64,000 nt of DNA. Source: Candidatus Latescibacterota bacterium (GTDB taxonomy: Bacteria > Latescibacterota > UBA2968 > SICM01). The first letter of the stretch is position 1; each line of letters starts with the position of its first letter. The notes below the pieces were generated by a model, which was not told the DNA's origin, ran no database searches, and saw only the letters and a program-made list of their open reading frames with translations. Below, piece after piece: positions 22,249 through 32,763 of the stretch. The stretch lies in NCBI GenBank assembly GCA_965217865.1, contig CBDCJO010000002.1, positions 3,168,001 through 3,232,000 on the forward strand, in the 5' to 3' direction. Both the position numbers and the translations under genes were made by a program.

Positions 22249-22343
22249 ATCTCCCCTTGCTTCGGTGAGGGGAGCGGATTGAAACGATGGTACTGATGAT
22301 GCTACGCTTGGTCAGCGATCGATCTCCCCTTGCTTCGGTGAGG
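22249..22343 (+). CRISPR. CRISPR stub: 37-bp repeat ATCTCCCCTTGCTTCGGTGAGGGGAGCGGATTGAAAC (22249-22285), 36-bp spacer, first 22 bp of a second repeat; leader 22069-22248
   Basis: ATTGAAAC 3' handle, internal hairpin, position after cas2. Confidence 0.9.
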
Positions 22344-22614
22344 ACCCGACACTGAGCTGCGTGACACCGAGCAAATCCCGCTGTTGGAGGAGGGCGGAAT
22401 CGAGGCGTTCCTGCGCCGAGAAGTGCTGCCCTATGCGCCTGACGCATGGTTTGTGCCGGACAGCATCAAGACCGGCTACGAGGTCAGCTTCACCCGATAC
22501 TTCTACAAGCCCCAGCCACTGCGCAAGCTGGAAGAGATCCGGGCGGAAATTCTGGCGCTGGAGCAGGAGACGGAGGGGTTGCTCGAAAAGATTATTGGGA
22601 CAATGGAAAGATGA
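22344..22614 (+). pseudogene. hsdM: Type I R-M methyltransferase HsdM 3' fragment
   Basis: PDTELRDTEQIPL...REVLPYAPDAW...GYEVSFTRYFYKPQPLR. Confidence 0.9.
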
Positions 22615-23420
22615 GCATGGTTCCTTCGTTCCCCGCAGGTCAGATCGAGTCGTTGGCAAAACTGCTCGGTGATTGCGGTACTGGACCGGATATCACTCGT
22701 ATGCTGGCTCATTGCGGGCTGATTGATGGCTCGGGAGAATCCACCAAATGGCGGAGGCTCTATTGGGTATTCCTCGATGTCCAGAACAGGGACAGGTGCG
22801 CCAACCAAACACTCAACTTCATTAAGGCTTTCTTTACGCCTGCCCGTTTCGTTGGCAGGAATGAGGAATTCGAAACGCACCGTCAAGCACTGAACACAAT
22901 CTTGGCATTCTCAGGGCTTGAGTACGGATCTGACGGGAAATTCCGGAAGCGCCGGGCTGCACAGACGCTGAGTGAGGCAGAGCGGCGAGCAGACACGATC
23001 CAGGCAAAGTTTCAGGGGCGGCGCATCCATCCGGAAGTAATGAAGTACTGTCGCGCTGAACTTATGCAGGACGACTACTTCCATGCTGTCTTCGAGGCGA
23101 CCAAAGGGCTGGCGCAACGGATTCGCGAGATGTCGGGAGTTGATGGGGACGGAGCGACCCTTGTGGATCGGGTCTTCTCTACCAGCCGACCAGTGCTGGC
23201 GTTCAACCCGTTGCAAACCGAGACGGAAAAGAGTGAACACCGGGGATTTGCTGAGCTGCTGAAGGGTTGCCTTGCGGCCGTCAGGAACCCTCGCGCGCAC
23301 GAACCGAAGATACTCTGGAAGGGTGAAGATGATGCAGCGGACTACTTCACTCTGATTTCACTCCTCCATCGGAAGCTGGATGATTACGTGACGACCGGGT
23401 TGAGAGCATTCCGTGATTAG
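22611..23420 (+). CDS. TIGR02391-family protein (AbiJ-like N-terminal domain plus HEPN-like C-terminal domain)
   Basis: STKWRRL, YFHAVFEATK, DGATLVDRVF, VRNPRAHEPK; ATGA overlap with hsdM. Confidence 0.85.
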   Translation: MSMVPSFPAGQIESLAKLLGDCGTGPDITRMLAHCGLIDGSGESTKWRRLYWVFLDVQNRDRCANQTLNFIKAFFTPARFVGRNEEFETHRQALNTILAFSGLEYGSDGKFRKRRAAQTLSEAERRADTIQAKFQGRRIHPEVMKYCRAELMQDDYFHAVFEATKGLAQRIREMSGVDGDGATLVDRVFSTSRPVLAFNPLQTETEKSEHRGFAELLKGCLAAVRNPRAHEPKILWKGEDDAADYFTLISLLHRKLDDYVTTGLRAFRD

Positions 23421-23532
23421 AGACCTCCACTCCTACCCCTCCTACAAGCCCTCCGGCGTCGAGTGGCTCGGCGACGTGCCAGAGCATTGGGAGGTACGGC
23501 GATTGAAACACGTTTGCTCAAGGTTCGCGCTT
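23413..23532 (+). pseudogene. hsdS: Type I R-M HsdS 5' fragment
   Basis: YPSYKPSGVEWLGDVPEHWEVRRLK. Confidence 0.9.
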
Positions 23533-23788
23533 ATCCGGAGAAGATATCTCTGCTCAACGGACGCAGCCCCCACGGTTGCGCTTGCAATCCCGGGGGGAGC
23601 GCTTCGAAACAGAGAATTTGCAGAGAGGGGGGAAGATGGCATAAGCGTTTGTGAATACGGCAGAAACGACAAGACCCCGAAGGGGTTGCCCCACGGGGTC
23701 TGGCGTTAACGGACGACCGCCTAAGTTGGCGGATGGGAATATGGCTCCCCATATGATCCTCTCCCCGGAACCATTCTCTGTTCGTCAG
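23533..23788 (+). repeat. Non-coding element-end repeat, copy B (includes ATATGGCTCCCC core)
   Basis: Aligns with the 3' two-thirds of copy C. Confidence 0.9.
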
Positions 23789-24157
23789 TCATAACTTCCG
23801 CGCCGATGTCCTGGCCCTGGAGCGGGAGAGGGAGGGTTGCTTGATGAAATCATCGGTGGCGGCGCGGGGTTGTGAACGCGCAGCAGTTCAAGATATGCGC
23901 CTGGGCATGGAACCCCGAACTCCAGTGGGGGCTCGGCTGTCGCCCCCAATTTGCCGTCTGTCCGTGTGGGACTATGGCGTGAGACAGTGGCGACCGCCTC
24001 CGACCTTTCAAGTCCTTCTCCGGGAAACAGATCGCCAGGTTTTGAGGGCGCAGGGTGGCTCATGGCGATTGAGGGATGACAACTTGTGGAATTTGATTCC
24101 GTTGGGAGATTTCTGGCGTGGGTCAGTGGCGAGCTCGAGACAGCGTTGAGGGCACAG

Positions 24158-24220
24158 ATCCGGCCCGTGTGCGACTTTCTTTCTGAATCCGGGAAAAAGG
24201 GGGACGCGACCTCCACAAAA
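24158..24220 (+). repeat. Non-coding motif, copy 2 of 2
   Basis: Matches 5923-5982. Confidence 0.75.
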
Positions 24221-24375
24221 CGGGCGGCACGTGGGCGAAGTGAGAAGGTCCCGGTCCCGTGGATTTGCGGCCCGGGACCTCACTCGTGATCGGGGTCGAG
24301 CATCTCGAGAGCCCGAGCTTCGGCTTCCTCGCGAGTCATTCCACCCTCATGCTCCATGATCCCCGCGCGTTCATC

Positions 24376-25149
24376 TATCTTTTGTCTGAGATCGCCCGAA
24401 AAAACGGGGGCAAGGTCGAAGCAAGATCCTGGTTGCCTGTAGGGTTGAGAAGGGATACATATTTTGGGATATCCCTGACCTCACAGGAGGAGTAAAGATG
24501 GAGCAACTGTCCTCAAACAGTGACCCGGTCAAGAAGCGCAGGAGCTTGTCCCCGGAACAGAAGTATGAGATTTTCCTTGAAGCCAGCCGGGGAGATGTTC
24601 CCATTGCACAGGTGCTGCGGAAATGGGGCATTCATTCCTCGGATCTAAAGCGTATTCGTGAGTCGGTCAAGTCCGGGGCCCTCAAGGAGTTCAAGGGTCG
24701 CCGGAGCCGCAAGCCGATGGTATCGGCTGAGGAGGTGGAGCAGCTGCGCAAAGAGCGGGCACGCCTGGAGCAAACGATCATTGAGCAATCTGTGGAACTT
24801 TCCCTGCTAAAAAAAAGTGTGAATGGGATCTGACAGGCCCGATCAAGGGCCACCGGGTGCAAGCTGAGGTCAAACGCGAGATCCTCTTAATGGTCCATCG
24901 GGCCAAGGAGAAAGGGGTGAAACTCACCCGTTCTTGCGAGATCCTACAGCTTCCCCTCCAGCGGTATTGTGCCTGGAGCCGGCGAGATCGAGAAGAGAAG
25001 CTGGATGGGGTGTCGGACCCGCTTTTGGATGGGAAGCCCGGGCCCGCCCCTGATGAGGCCCCACACGGATGAGACCTATGCCGATCTGCCTCCCCATCAG
25101 CTGGCGGTGGTAGCCTCAGAGAAGGGGGTAGTGCAGGCCTCGGCCTCCA
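24376..25149 (+). mobile_element. IS3-family type A, 5' half; intact orfA, 44-bp deletion in orfB, 3'-truncated
   Basis: Starts TATCTTTTGTCTGAGAT; deletion between two GGAT copies at ~25067-70. Confidence 0.95.
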
Positions 25150-25423
25150 TGTGGTGTAAAACGAGTTAACAGAGTTGCTGAAAACACAATACAACCCGAT
25201 GACATTGAGGAATTGGTTTCCCTATTTCGTATGTAAATGCAAGACCATAGTCGTGTAACCACTGGTTGCAGTTCCCCCCCTACCACCCACCGCAAAATTG
25301 CCGTGGGTTTTTCTTTTTCCCCTCCCAATTATTCCATATCTTTTAATCTTGCACGAGAACTCGCGTTCCGTTCAATCGAATGGAAACCTCTAAGCCAAGA
25401 ACTCGTTCTTCGTCAGCATAAGT

Positions 25424-26347
25424 ATGTCCATACCCATCCATATCCCAGAAACCCTATCCAGAAATAAAAAATGGGCTGAATGGATCGAGAAGTTGCCGGA
25501 AATTGTCCTGGCGTGTGCGAAACGCTGGGACCTTCGGATCGAAGATCCCCTGACAGAAGATTATGCTGAAATGTCCTACAGCTACATCGCACCGGCGATA
25601 CGATCAGACGGAAAAGAGGTAATTCTCAAGATTGGATCGCCCACGCAACTATTGGATAGCGGGATAGAGGAACGCCAGGCGCTGCAACTTTGCGATGGAA
25701 AAGGCACTGTCCAGTTGCTTGATTTTGACGAGGAATCGGGCACGCTCATGCTCGAACGTGCCCGCCCCGGTGTTCCCCTTGGGGTTTGCTCAGATGACGA
25801 AGAGAATACAAGGATCGCTGCCGGCCTGATGAGAAAGTTCTGGCAACCCTTACCACCAAAACACAACTTTCGACCAACCGCTTACGAAATAGAAGGCTTC
25901 GCCAGATTGCGAAAGCAATTCAATGGCACCACGGGGCCACTCCATGAAAAGTGGGTCGTGCGCGCAGAGACACTCTACAGTGAGTTGATGGCGACAAGCA
26001 CAGAAACTGTTGTTCTCCACGGCGACCTGCACCACTGGAACATCCTGAGCGCTGAACGTGAACCCTGGCTCGTCATCGATCCCAAAGGTTATTTTGGCGA
26101 TCCCGGTTACGAGGTCGGTGCATTCCTGGCCAACTACCCCGAAGCATCCTGCAAAGGAAGAGACAGAAGCGAACTCGATGTGCGCCGTGTGGAGATCCTA
26201 GCCGAAGAATTGGACATTCCCCGTGATCGCATCATCAAATGGGGTCTGGTTCTTGCAGTCATCTGGGCAAGGTGGAATGTGACTTCGCCCGAAGAAATCC
26301 CGAGCGGAGATATCAGACGCGCCGAAGTATTGGATAGCTTGCTTTAG
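25424..26347 (+). CDS. Aminoglycoside/hydroxyurea resistance kinase family protein (APH(6)/StrB-like)
   Basis: LMLERARPG, LHGDLHHWNIL, WLVIDPKGYFGDPGYE. Confidence 0.9.
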   Translation: MSIPIHIPETLSRNKKWAEWIEKLPEIVLACAKRWDLRIEDPLTEDYAEMSYSYIAPAIRSDGKEVILKIGSPTQLLDSGIEERQALQLCDGKGTVQLLDFDEESGTLMLERARPGVPLGVCSDDEENTRIAAGLMRKFWQPLPPKHNFRPTAYEIEGFARLRKQFNGTTGPLHEKWVVRAETLYSELMATSTETVVLHGDLHHWNILSAEREPWLVIDPKGYFGDPGYEVGAFLANYPEASCKGRDRSELDVRRVEILAEELDIPRDRIIKWGLVLAVIWARWNVTSPEEIPSGDIRRAEVLDSLL

Positions 26348-26413
26348 AATCGATCCGCAACATCTCGCCGAATACCCCTTCCAACCAATCGTGCACAACA
26401 GGAACAAAATCAG

Positions 26414-26865
26414 TTGGGTCAATCTCCAAGTCTAAAGAATGCGAAGAATGTCGCTTCAGCGATTGTGGCAGATATCCATGCGCTGCCTGTTCAAAACACA
26501 CCGAATATGCGGGCAATTCGCCGGAAGTATTCTCGGAAACTCAATCAGGAGGTGCCCGAGTTCATCCTCGATTTGGCAAGGGAACTGCTCAAGACCCACT
26601 GCCATCGATAGGTTGCTTACGAATTGGTTCAGAGTCATAAAGCTGCATTTCAAAGGGTAGCAAAGGCTGAACTTGAAGAACTGGGCCTTGGTATGAACAC
26701 CTGGAAGTCCGTAGATAGCTTCGGGCGCATCCTGGCAGGTCCGGCCTGGCTTAAGAAGCAAGTGTCCGACGAGTTGATTCAAAAATGGGCACACTCAGAA
26801 GACCGTTGGTGGCGACGGGCAGCATTGGTAAGCACAGTAGCGCTCAATATGCGGTTTTATGGAGG
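26414..26865 (+). pseudogene. DNA alkylation repair (AlkD-like HEAT) protein with in-frame TAG at 26609 and 3' truncation
   Basis: TPNMRAIRR...R*VAYELV...WKSVDSFG...WAHSEDRWWRRAALVSTVALN. Confidence 0.8.
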
Positions 26866-26869
26866 CTGC

Positions 26870-27019
26870 GGGGATGACCCCTCAGCCTCGTTGCCCGTCA
26901 CGCTCGTCGAACCGGACATGCGGTTTGCCCACATCCGGCGCTCGGACCAGGCCTCTATGTTGCACCCACGGAAGGTTGCGAGTCGCTTCCGGCAGCCGGG
27001 CAAGACCCAGCTTACCCTA
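26870..27019 (-). ncRNA. Group II intron 3' remnant (end of IEP, domain V and part of VI)
   Basis: Minus strand GAGCGCCGGATGTGGGCAAACCGCATGTCCGGTTCGACGAGCG matches the domain V consensus; preceded by an IEP-like tail LGLARLPEATRNLPW. Confidence 0.75.
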
Positions 27020-27386
27020 CTGGTGACCGGACCACCGGGTCCGGCTTCCAGTGAATACGTACCGGAAGACCTTCCCAAACGTCGAACCAGGCTGTTAAAT
27101 AAGGCCGACGGGAAAAACAGAGAATCAGAGAATCCGGAGGAGATATCTCTGCTCAGCGGACGCAACCTCACGGTTGTGCTCGAACATAGGGGGAAACGCT
27201 TCGAAACAGAGAATCGGCAGAAAGGGAAGGAGGTGACACAAGTGTTTGTGAATACGGCAGAAACGACAAGACCCCGAAGGGGTTGCCCCACGGGGTCTGG
27301 CGTTAACGGACGACCGCCGAAGTTGGCGGATGGGAATATGGCTCCCCATATGATCCTTTCCTTCGGAACCATTCTCTGTTCGTCAG
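27020..27386 (+). repeat. Non-coding element-end repeat, copy C (longest)
   Basis: Spans all the other copies. Confidence 0.9.
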
Positions 27387-27796
27387 ACGTAACATGCCGT
27401 ATTAAAAGGATCTATCGCAATCTCCTCGCGCCGCAGACGCGGAGCGCAGTCAAGAAGATTTCCGCCCTTCAGGTCAAAACAGCCGCTTCCCAGACATGGG
27501 GACCAGGATATCCGGGTCGTCGTTACCCACGCTGTTTACCCTCCTGCTGACGGTGCGCCTTTCGTAGGGGCCGGTATGGGGTTCACGCACCAGGTCGAGG
27601 AGCCGTGGCACCGGCGACGTCCGTGCCACCCCGGTCCGCCACTGCTCGTCATGGCACCGGCGTCGGTGCGCCTGCCTGAACGAGTCCGGAGCCGCATGCC
27701 CTGATGGAACGTCCTCAATGGTAGTCCAGACGCGGGTTGGCGTAAGGGAAGAGCCGCCCTTTCCCAACGACTTCGTGCTCTGTTCCCTCACTCCGG

Positions 27797-28195
27797 CTAA
27801 CCGCCATAGCATGCTGCAAATAGAAAAAAGTCTTCAAGATCGATGGTTCCATTCCCATCAAGATCCATCCGGGCATCAAAACCCGGATCCCCCGAGTCAA
27901 GTCCAAAAACCGCGCTGAACAAGCCAAAATCAGATAGATCGACCGCACCATCATTATTAAAATCGCAACGAGACACCGGCGTCGCCTGCGCACTGGAGGC
28001 CACGCCATTACCACCGGCGTTCACCGCACGCACCTGGAAGGCGTATAGGGTTCCCATTGGTCAGACCCGTTACCGTGTGACCCGTCGTGCCAGCCCCGCT
28101 GCCCGGAATATCCGTCCAGTCCAGTGCGTAGATGTGACGATACTGATACTTCGTGATGGTCGCATTGTCCGGGTTGCTCCAGCTCAGCGCCACCT
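27797..28195 (-). pseudogene. Fibronectin type III plus dockerin/EF-hand-like C-terminal domain fragment, frameshifted
   Basis: LSWSNPDNATITKYQY, YAFQVRAVNAGG, DFNNDGAVDLSDF...DLDGNGTIDLEDF. Confidence 0.8.
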
Positions 28196-28552
28196 ATCAT
28201 CCGAAGTCAGCGTAATCCGTCGGAACTGCTCCGACTGCTGGCCGACGAGGCCCGCAACCCAGACGTCGGACCCGTTTGAGCGGACGGTCTCCACCCGCAT
28301 CCCGGATGGCGGTTTCAGCACTCAACGGGGGACTACCGTGTCGGAAAGTTACTGTTTCTCAGAAACTATATCGCATCGTTGCACCAACTAAGCGCGGCGA
28401 TGGTGAAACGGTGAATTTCGCGTTATTAGACTTCTCGCTTGCCCAAGATGCGATGAAATATATCAAGAATCCAGTTTGAGCGACACCTGAAGCAATTAGC
28501 AATTCCTTACCACCAGGTCGATAGAAAGCATTGGGATCTTTTTCGACCCTAA

Positions 28553-30078
28553 CAGCCCGTTGAAGAACTACCTTTCAACGCACATAAACGGAAAAGACGC
28601 CTGGAGTGCGGGTCAGATAAATCAAGGTAAGGAGATTGAGCAGGAGACGCTGATAAGAGGTTAAAAAGGTGACCGAGGGCAGCAAACGTGATTGTAGGAC
28701 GAGCAGTAGACGCTGCAAGGCCTTGGCCAGGTCCTGGAGGGCCTTCGGAGTACCTACGCCCATCACTTTGCGCATGAGCAGAGCCAGGTTGCAGCCCCCG
28801 ATGTGGATCAGCAAACGCTTGAGGATATTGCCGCGGTCTCTCAAGTGCAACCTGCGCATGCCACCGGTATCATATGTGTGAGCGATGGTTCTTTCCACCC
28901 GTTCTGCACGACTTCGGCGCAAGGCCTTGCCGCGATCTCCCTTGATCCGGCGTCGATTCGCATATACCGCGGCCTGCTCATCTCGTCGGCCGTTCCACTT
29001 GCGGCGTCCCCGATCCGGTTCTGAAATGTAACTCCGGATGCCGCCTTGCTTCAGACTGGTCAATACATCGTTGCTATGATATCCTTTGTCCGCAACCACC
29101 TCCCGTATACGCTGTCTGTGCAAACGTTTGGCAGCTTTTTCGTCCTTCGCGACCTGCTTGAGATTGAGCTGCGCCTCGAGCAGCGTCCAGGGCAACGACT
29201 CGGTATCTCCTTCATCTGCTCCCGACAACGCCACTGCCACAATGGCATTGGTGTCCAGATCCACCGCGTGCTCCACCTTGTGCGCCATGTGCGTGCGACC
29301 GTCCTTCATCTTAGCGATCTTGGCATCCGGGTCGTGCGGGTGCTCCCAGTCCTGGTTCGATCCCTTCTTCGGTCGCTTCTTATCGATCTTGGACAAGTCC
29401 TCGCGGGTAGGCGTTTCAATGCCCGAGGCCTTGGCCAGATTCTCAAGGAATGCCTGGTAGCCTTCACCCGTGTCACGGCGTACAATGCTGCGCATCGCGG
29501 CGTTGGCCTCCAGTGTCGTAGCATCCACGCCCAACGTCTTCCCCTTCACCAGACCCGCTTTGCACAAGACCCTCAGGATCCACTTGAAAACCGCTTCGTG
29601 AACTTCCAAGGGAAGCCGATGCCGGATGCGAGACAGGCTGGAATGATCCGGGGTCTGTTCGTCAAGGGCATACCCCAAAAACCGGCGCAACGTCAGCGAG
29701 TCAGATACACGCCATTCGATCCCACGTTCCGAATCAAGTCCCTCGAAATACCCAATCAAAAGCATCCGAAAATAAACCCCGGGCGGAATGCCCTTGCGAC
29801 CCATATGAGGAGCGTAATACCGCTGGCAAAGCCCTTCGACGAACTCGTCGAACCCGTTCGCCTCCAATACCTGATTCAGCTTCTCGTAGAACGGATGACC
29901 CGGAGATTTCACCAAAGTGTTCGATGCGATGAACAGGTTTTCCTGTCTCTGTCGTCCTCGTTTTCCCATTGCCATTTGCTCGTCCTCCCTTCTCAGTTTG
30001 AACCTGATATATCATAGGACCAAACCACAAGGAAAGACAACAGTCATCTTGGCATAAACGCACTTTTTCAACAGGCTG
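28553..30078 (-). mobile_element. IS5/IS1182-like element copy 1 (transposase 28575-29975); flanks CTAA and CTAG do not match
   Basis: DUF772-like N-terminus (TPDHSSLSR), VDATTL, VADKGYH; IRs CAGCCTGTTGAA / CAGCCCGTTGAA. Confidence 0.95.
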
Positions 30079-30082
30079 CTAG

Positions 30083-30560
30083 GCCCAAATATATATTCAA
30101 GACACTTTGAGAGGTTGTCGTTCTCAAAATCATCTATTGCTACTCCAAATACGGACTCCTCATTGAGCATCCTTGTGGCGCACAGGACTCCCTGCTGGAG
30201 CAGCGTTATCCATGAAGAGTGGCGATACTCGTTCTTATAGGGCAAAGACGCCTCTGAAGTATTGAATGGCGGGTCGATATACACACACTTGATCTGCTGT
30301 CGATACCGTTCCTGCCCGAGAGACAGCGCCTGGAAGTTCTCGCTGTGGAACAGCACCCCGTCCATCTGCTTGTTCACGTCGCCAATTGCTTCAAGTAGAC
30401 GTTCTATGAAACCCGAATCAAAGTACCGTGTGTCCACCACCAGCGTCGGATGCCCCTTCAGAAACTCGGGCTTGAGTTTCTCGCTGTAGCTAGACGTGGT
30501 CGGGTCTCCCTTGATCTCGTCAATCGCAAAAAGCTTCACCCACTCCTGGCGCTGTGCCTC
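30083..30560 (-). pseudogene. Type III/N6-adenine DNA methyltransferase internal fragment
   Basis: HSENFQAL, IKCVYIDPPFNT. Confidence 0.85.
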
Positions 30561-31724
30561 GGATGGAGGAGGATCGGCATGCCCAACAGGAAGTACATCG
30601 TCCGTCTAAGTTGCGATGAGCGGAAGCGCTTGCAGGATCTGGTAAGCAAAGGCCGGACACAGGCCTACCGGATCCGACACGCACACATTCTGATGAAGGC
30701 CGACGCGGATGGCCCTTGCTGGGGCGACGAAGCCATCGCCCAAGCGTTTTCGTGCCACAGACGCACCGCGGAAGGCATTCGCAAGCGCTTTGTGGTCCAA
30801 GGGCTCGACGCAGCCCTTGAGCGGAAGAAGCGGGAACGACCGCCCATCGAACCGATTCTGGACGGCGAAAAGGAAGCTCGCTTGATCGCCCTGGCCTGCA
30901 GCCAGCCGCCGAAAGGTCGTAGCCGCTGGACGCTGGAGTTGCTCGCTGACAAGCTGGTTGAACTCAACATCGTCGAGAGCATCTCCTATCGGACCGTGCA
31001 ACGGGCGCTCAAAAAAACGAACTCAAGCCCCATCTGAAAACGTGCTGGGTGATTCCGCCCAGGGAAAACGCCGCATTCGTAGCTTGCATGGAGAATCTTC
31101 TGGATCTGTATCACCGGCCCTATGATCCGGAAAGGCCGCTTTTGGCCATGGACGAACACCCCGTGCAGTTGATCGGAGAGACACGCATCCCGGTCCCGGA
31201 AAAACCGGGGCATCCCCGACGTTACGACTATGAGTATGAGCGTAACGGCACAGCCGCGAACTTCTTGTTCCTCGAGCCCCTGACCGGACGTCGGAAGGTC
31301 CACGTCCGGGAACGCAGGACCGCCGTAGACTGGGCTTACGAGATCCAGGAGCTGCTTGAGGTGGACTACCCGGATGCGCAAGTCGTGGTGCTGGTCTGCG
31401 ACAACCTCAGCACTCACACCATCGCATCTCTTTACAAGGCCTTCCCACCCGAAAAGGCCCGTTCTCTAGCCAAACGCCTCGAATTGCACTACACGCCCAA
31501 GCACGGTAGGTGGCTCAATATCGCCGAGATCGAACTGAGCGTCCTTGCCAGACAATGCCTGCACAGCCGCATTCCTGACCTGCAGACCCTCACCAACGAA
31601 GTGGAGGCCTGGAAATGTGATCGAAACGAGAAACACAGAACCGTTGATTGGCAGTTCACGACCACCGACGCCCGCATCAAACTGAAGAAGCTATATCCCA
31701 AGTTTTAGGTGTCATGGTGTAGTA
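30561..31724 (+). mobile_element. IS630-family element, frameshift type (orfA 30579-31037, orfB to 31708); left end probably lost
   Basis: RWTLELLA HTH, A7C slippery run at 31011, MDE, CDNLSTH, YTPKHGRWLNIAEIE. Confidence 0.9.
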
Positions 31725-31848
31725 GTGGAGAATCCCATACTCCATTAGGACTGTATCGAAATGATCGGCAAGGGATTCTGTTTTCTACTCGAGTATATCC
31801 GATACGATGCCGGCTCGACGAGCAGTATTCGTTTTCCCGGCATAAGCC

Positions 31849-32293
31849 CTAAGTATTCTTCTTTCCCGGTTTCAGCGCCGCGTGGACCTTCGCCTGAACT
31901 GCGCTGAACTGCTTTTCGTTGAGTTCGTTCTTGAGCACCTCGAAGACGGTGCGCACGGCTTTGCGGGCCTGCTTGTTCAAATGGGCCAGGGCATCGTCCG
32001 TACCCGTTCTGCGAACGTCCCTGACCTCTTCCAGGACCTGATCCAGTCGCTCACGCAGTTGTTCCAGAGACGCCTTTTCGCTCTCCGGCCGTTTTTCCCG
32101 CTTCGTCTGGGTTTCAAGATTTTTTGACGCCGCCTGCAGTTTCTGGATGGTGGTCTGCTTTTCTAGAGACTCTGATGCTCGAAGCGCACAAATATGGTCC
32201 CTCTCGTCAGCCGTAAGGTGTTTATAATTGTTTCCCATACACTTAGGATAGAACAAAAACTATCCCAAGTGTTGCACTTCCTTATTGAACTCG
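31849..32293 (-). pseudogene. IS30 5' end (about 32176-32293) joined to an unrelated coiled-coil C-terminal fragment
   Basis: CGAGTTCAATAAGGAAGTGCAAC end and YKHLTADERDHI. Confidence 0.65.
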
Positions 32294-32319
32294 TGAGCAT
32301 AAAAAAGGCCGCCATCCGA

Positions 32320-32710
32320 TCAAATCAGCCGCGTCTTCGACGGCGGACCCCGATGTTCGGGTTGTCGCGACGGCGAAATCGGGTCAATTTTTGGAATTTT
32401 TGGACTCCCTAAAAAAGGGCCGAGGCGGCCGGAGCTCGAGGCCGAGATCGTTGCGAGCGTCCAGAAGGGCCTCTCGAACAAGGGTGGCTGCCAGGTGGCG
32501 GGAATCAGCCAGTCGACTTTTCTGTCACTGGCTTCAGATCGGCGAGACGGCGAAGTCGGGGCGATTTCTGGAGTTTTGGAGACCCTAAAAAGGCCGGGGC
32601 GGTCTCAAACCTCGCCGTCATCCAACGGGTCGCGACCGGAACGTGTGTCAACAAGAATGAGACGCCATGCAGATGCTGGCGCCGTTTCTGATCGCTCGGA
32701 TCTGAAGTCG
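32320..32710 (+). pseudogene. Phage terminase-small-subunit-like HTH fragments; related inverted copy at 52180-52380
   Basis: AGISQSTF..WLQIGETAKSGRFLEF. Confidence 0.55.
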
Positions 32711-32763
32711 AGGTTTTTGAGACCTCTGGAAGATAGCTCACGCCGCTTCTCTTTGCAGGAAAT

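Noticed and set aside
16456-22321. Self-targeting by the two CRISPR spacers
   Set aside because: By eye only ~10-bp chance matches (GAGCAGGAGA) occur in the window; a proper search is still needed.
27340-27375. tRNA gene at the TGGCTCCCC core
   Set aside because: Only a 9-bp acceptor-end match; T-arm spacing is wrong and no cloverleaf forms.
26870-27386. Retron, DGR or complete retroelement
   Set aside because: No reverse transcriptase ORF was recognised in the window, and repeat differences are not adenine-specific.
26624-27550. 308-aa ORF and the recurring peptide LLNKADGKNRESENPEEISLL as a protein family
   Set aside because: The ORF crosses a repair-gene fragment, an antisense intron remnant and the non-coding repeat, and frames differ between repeat copies.
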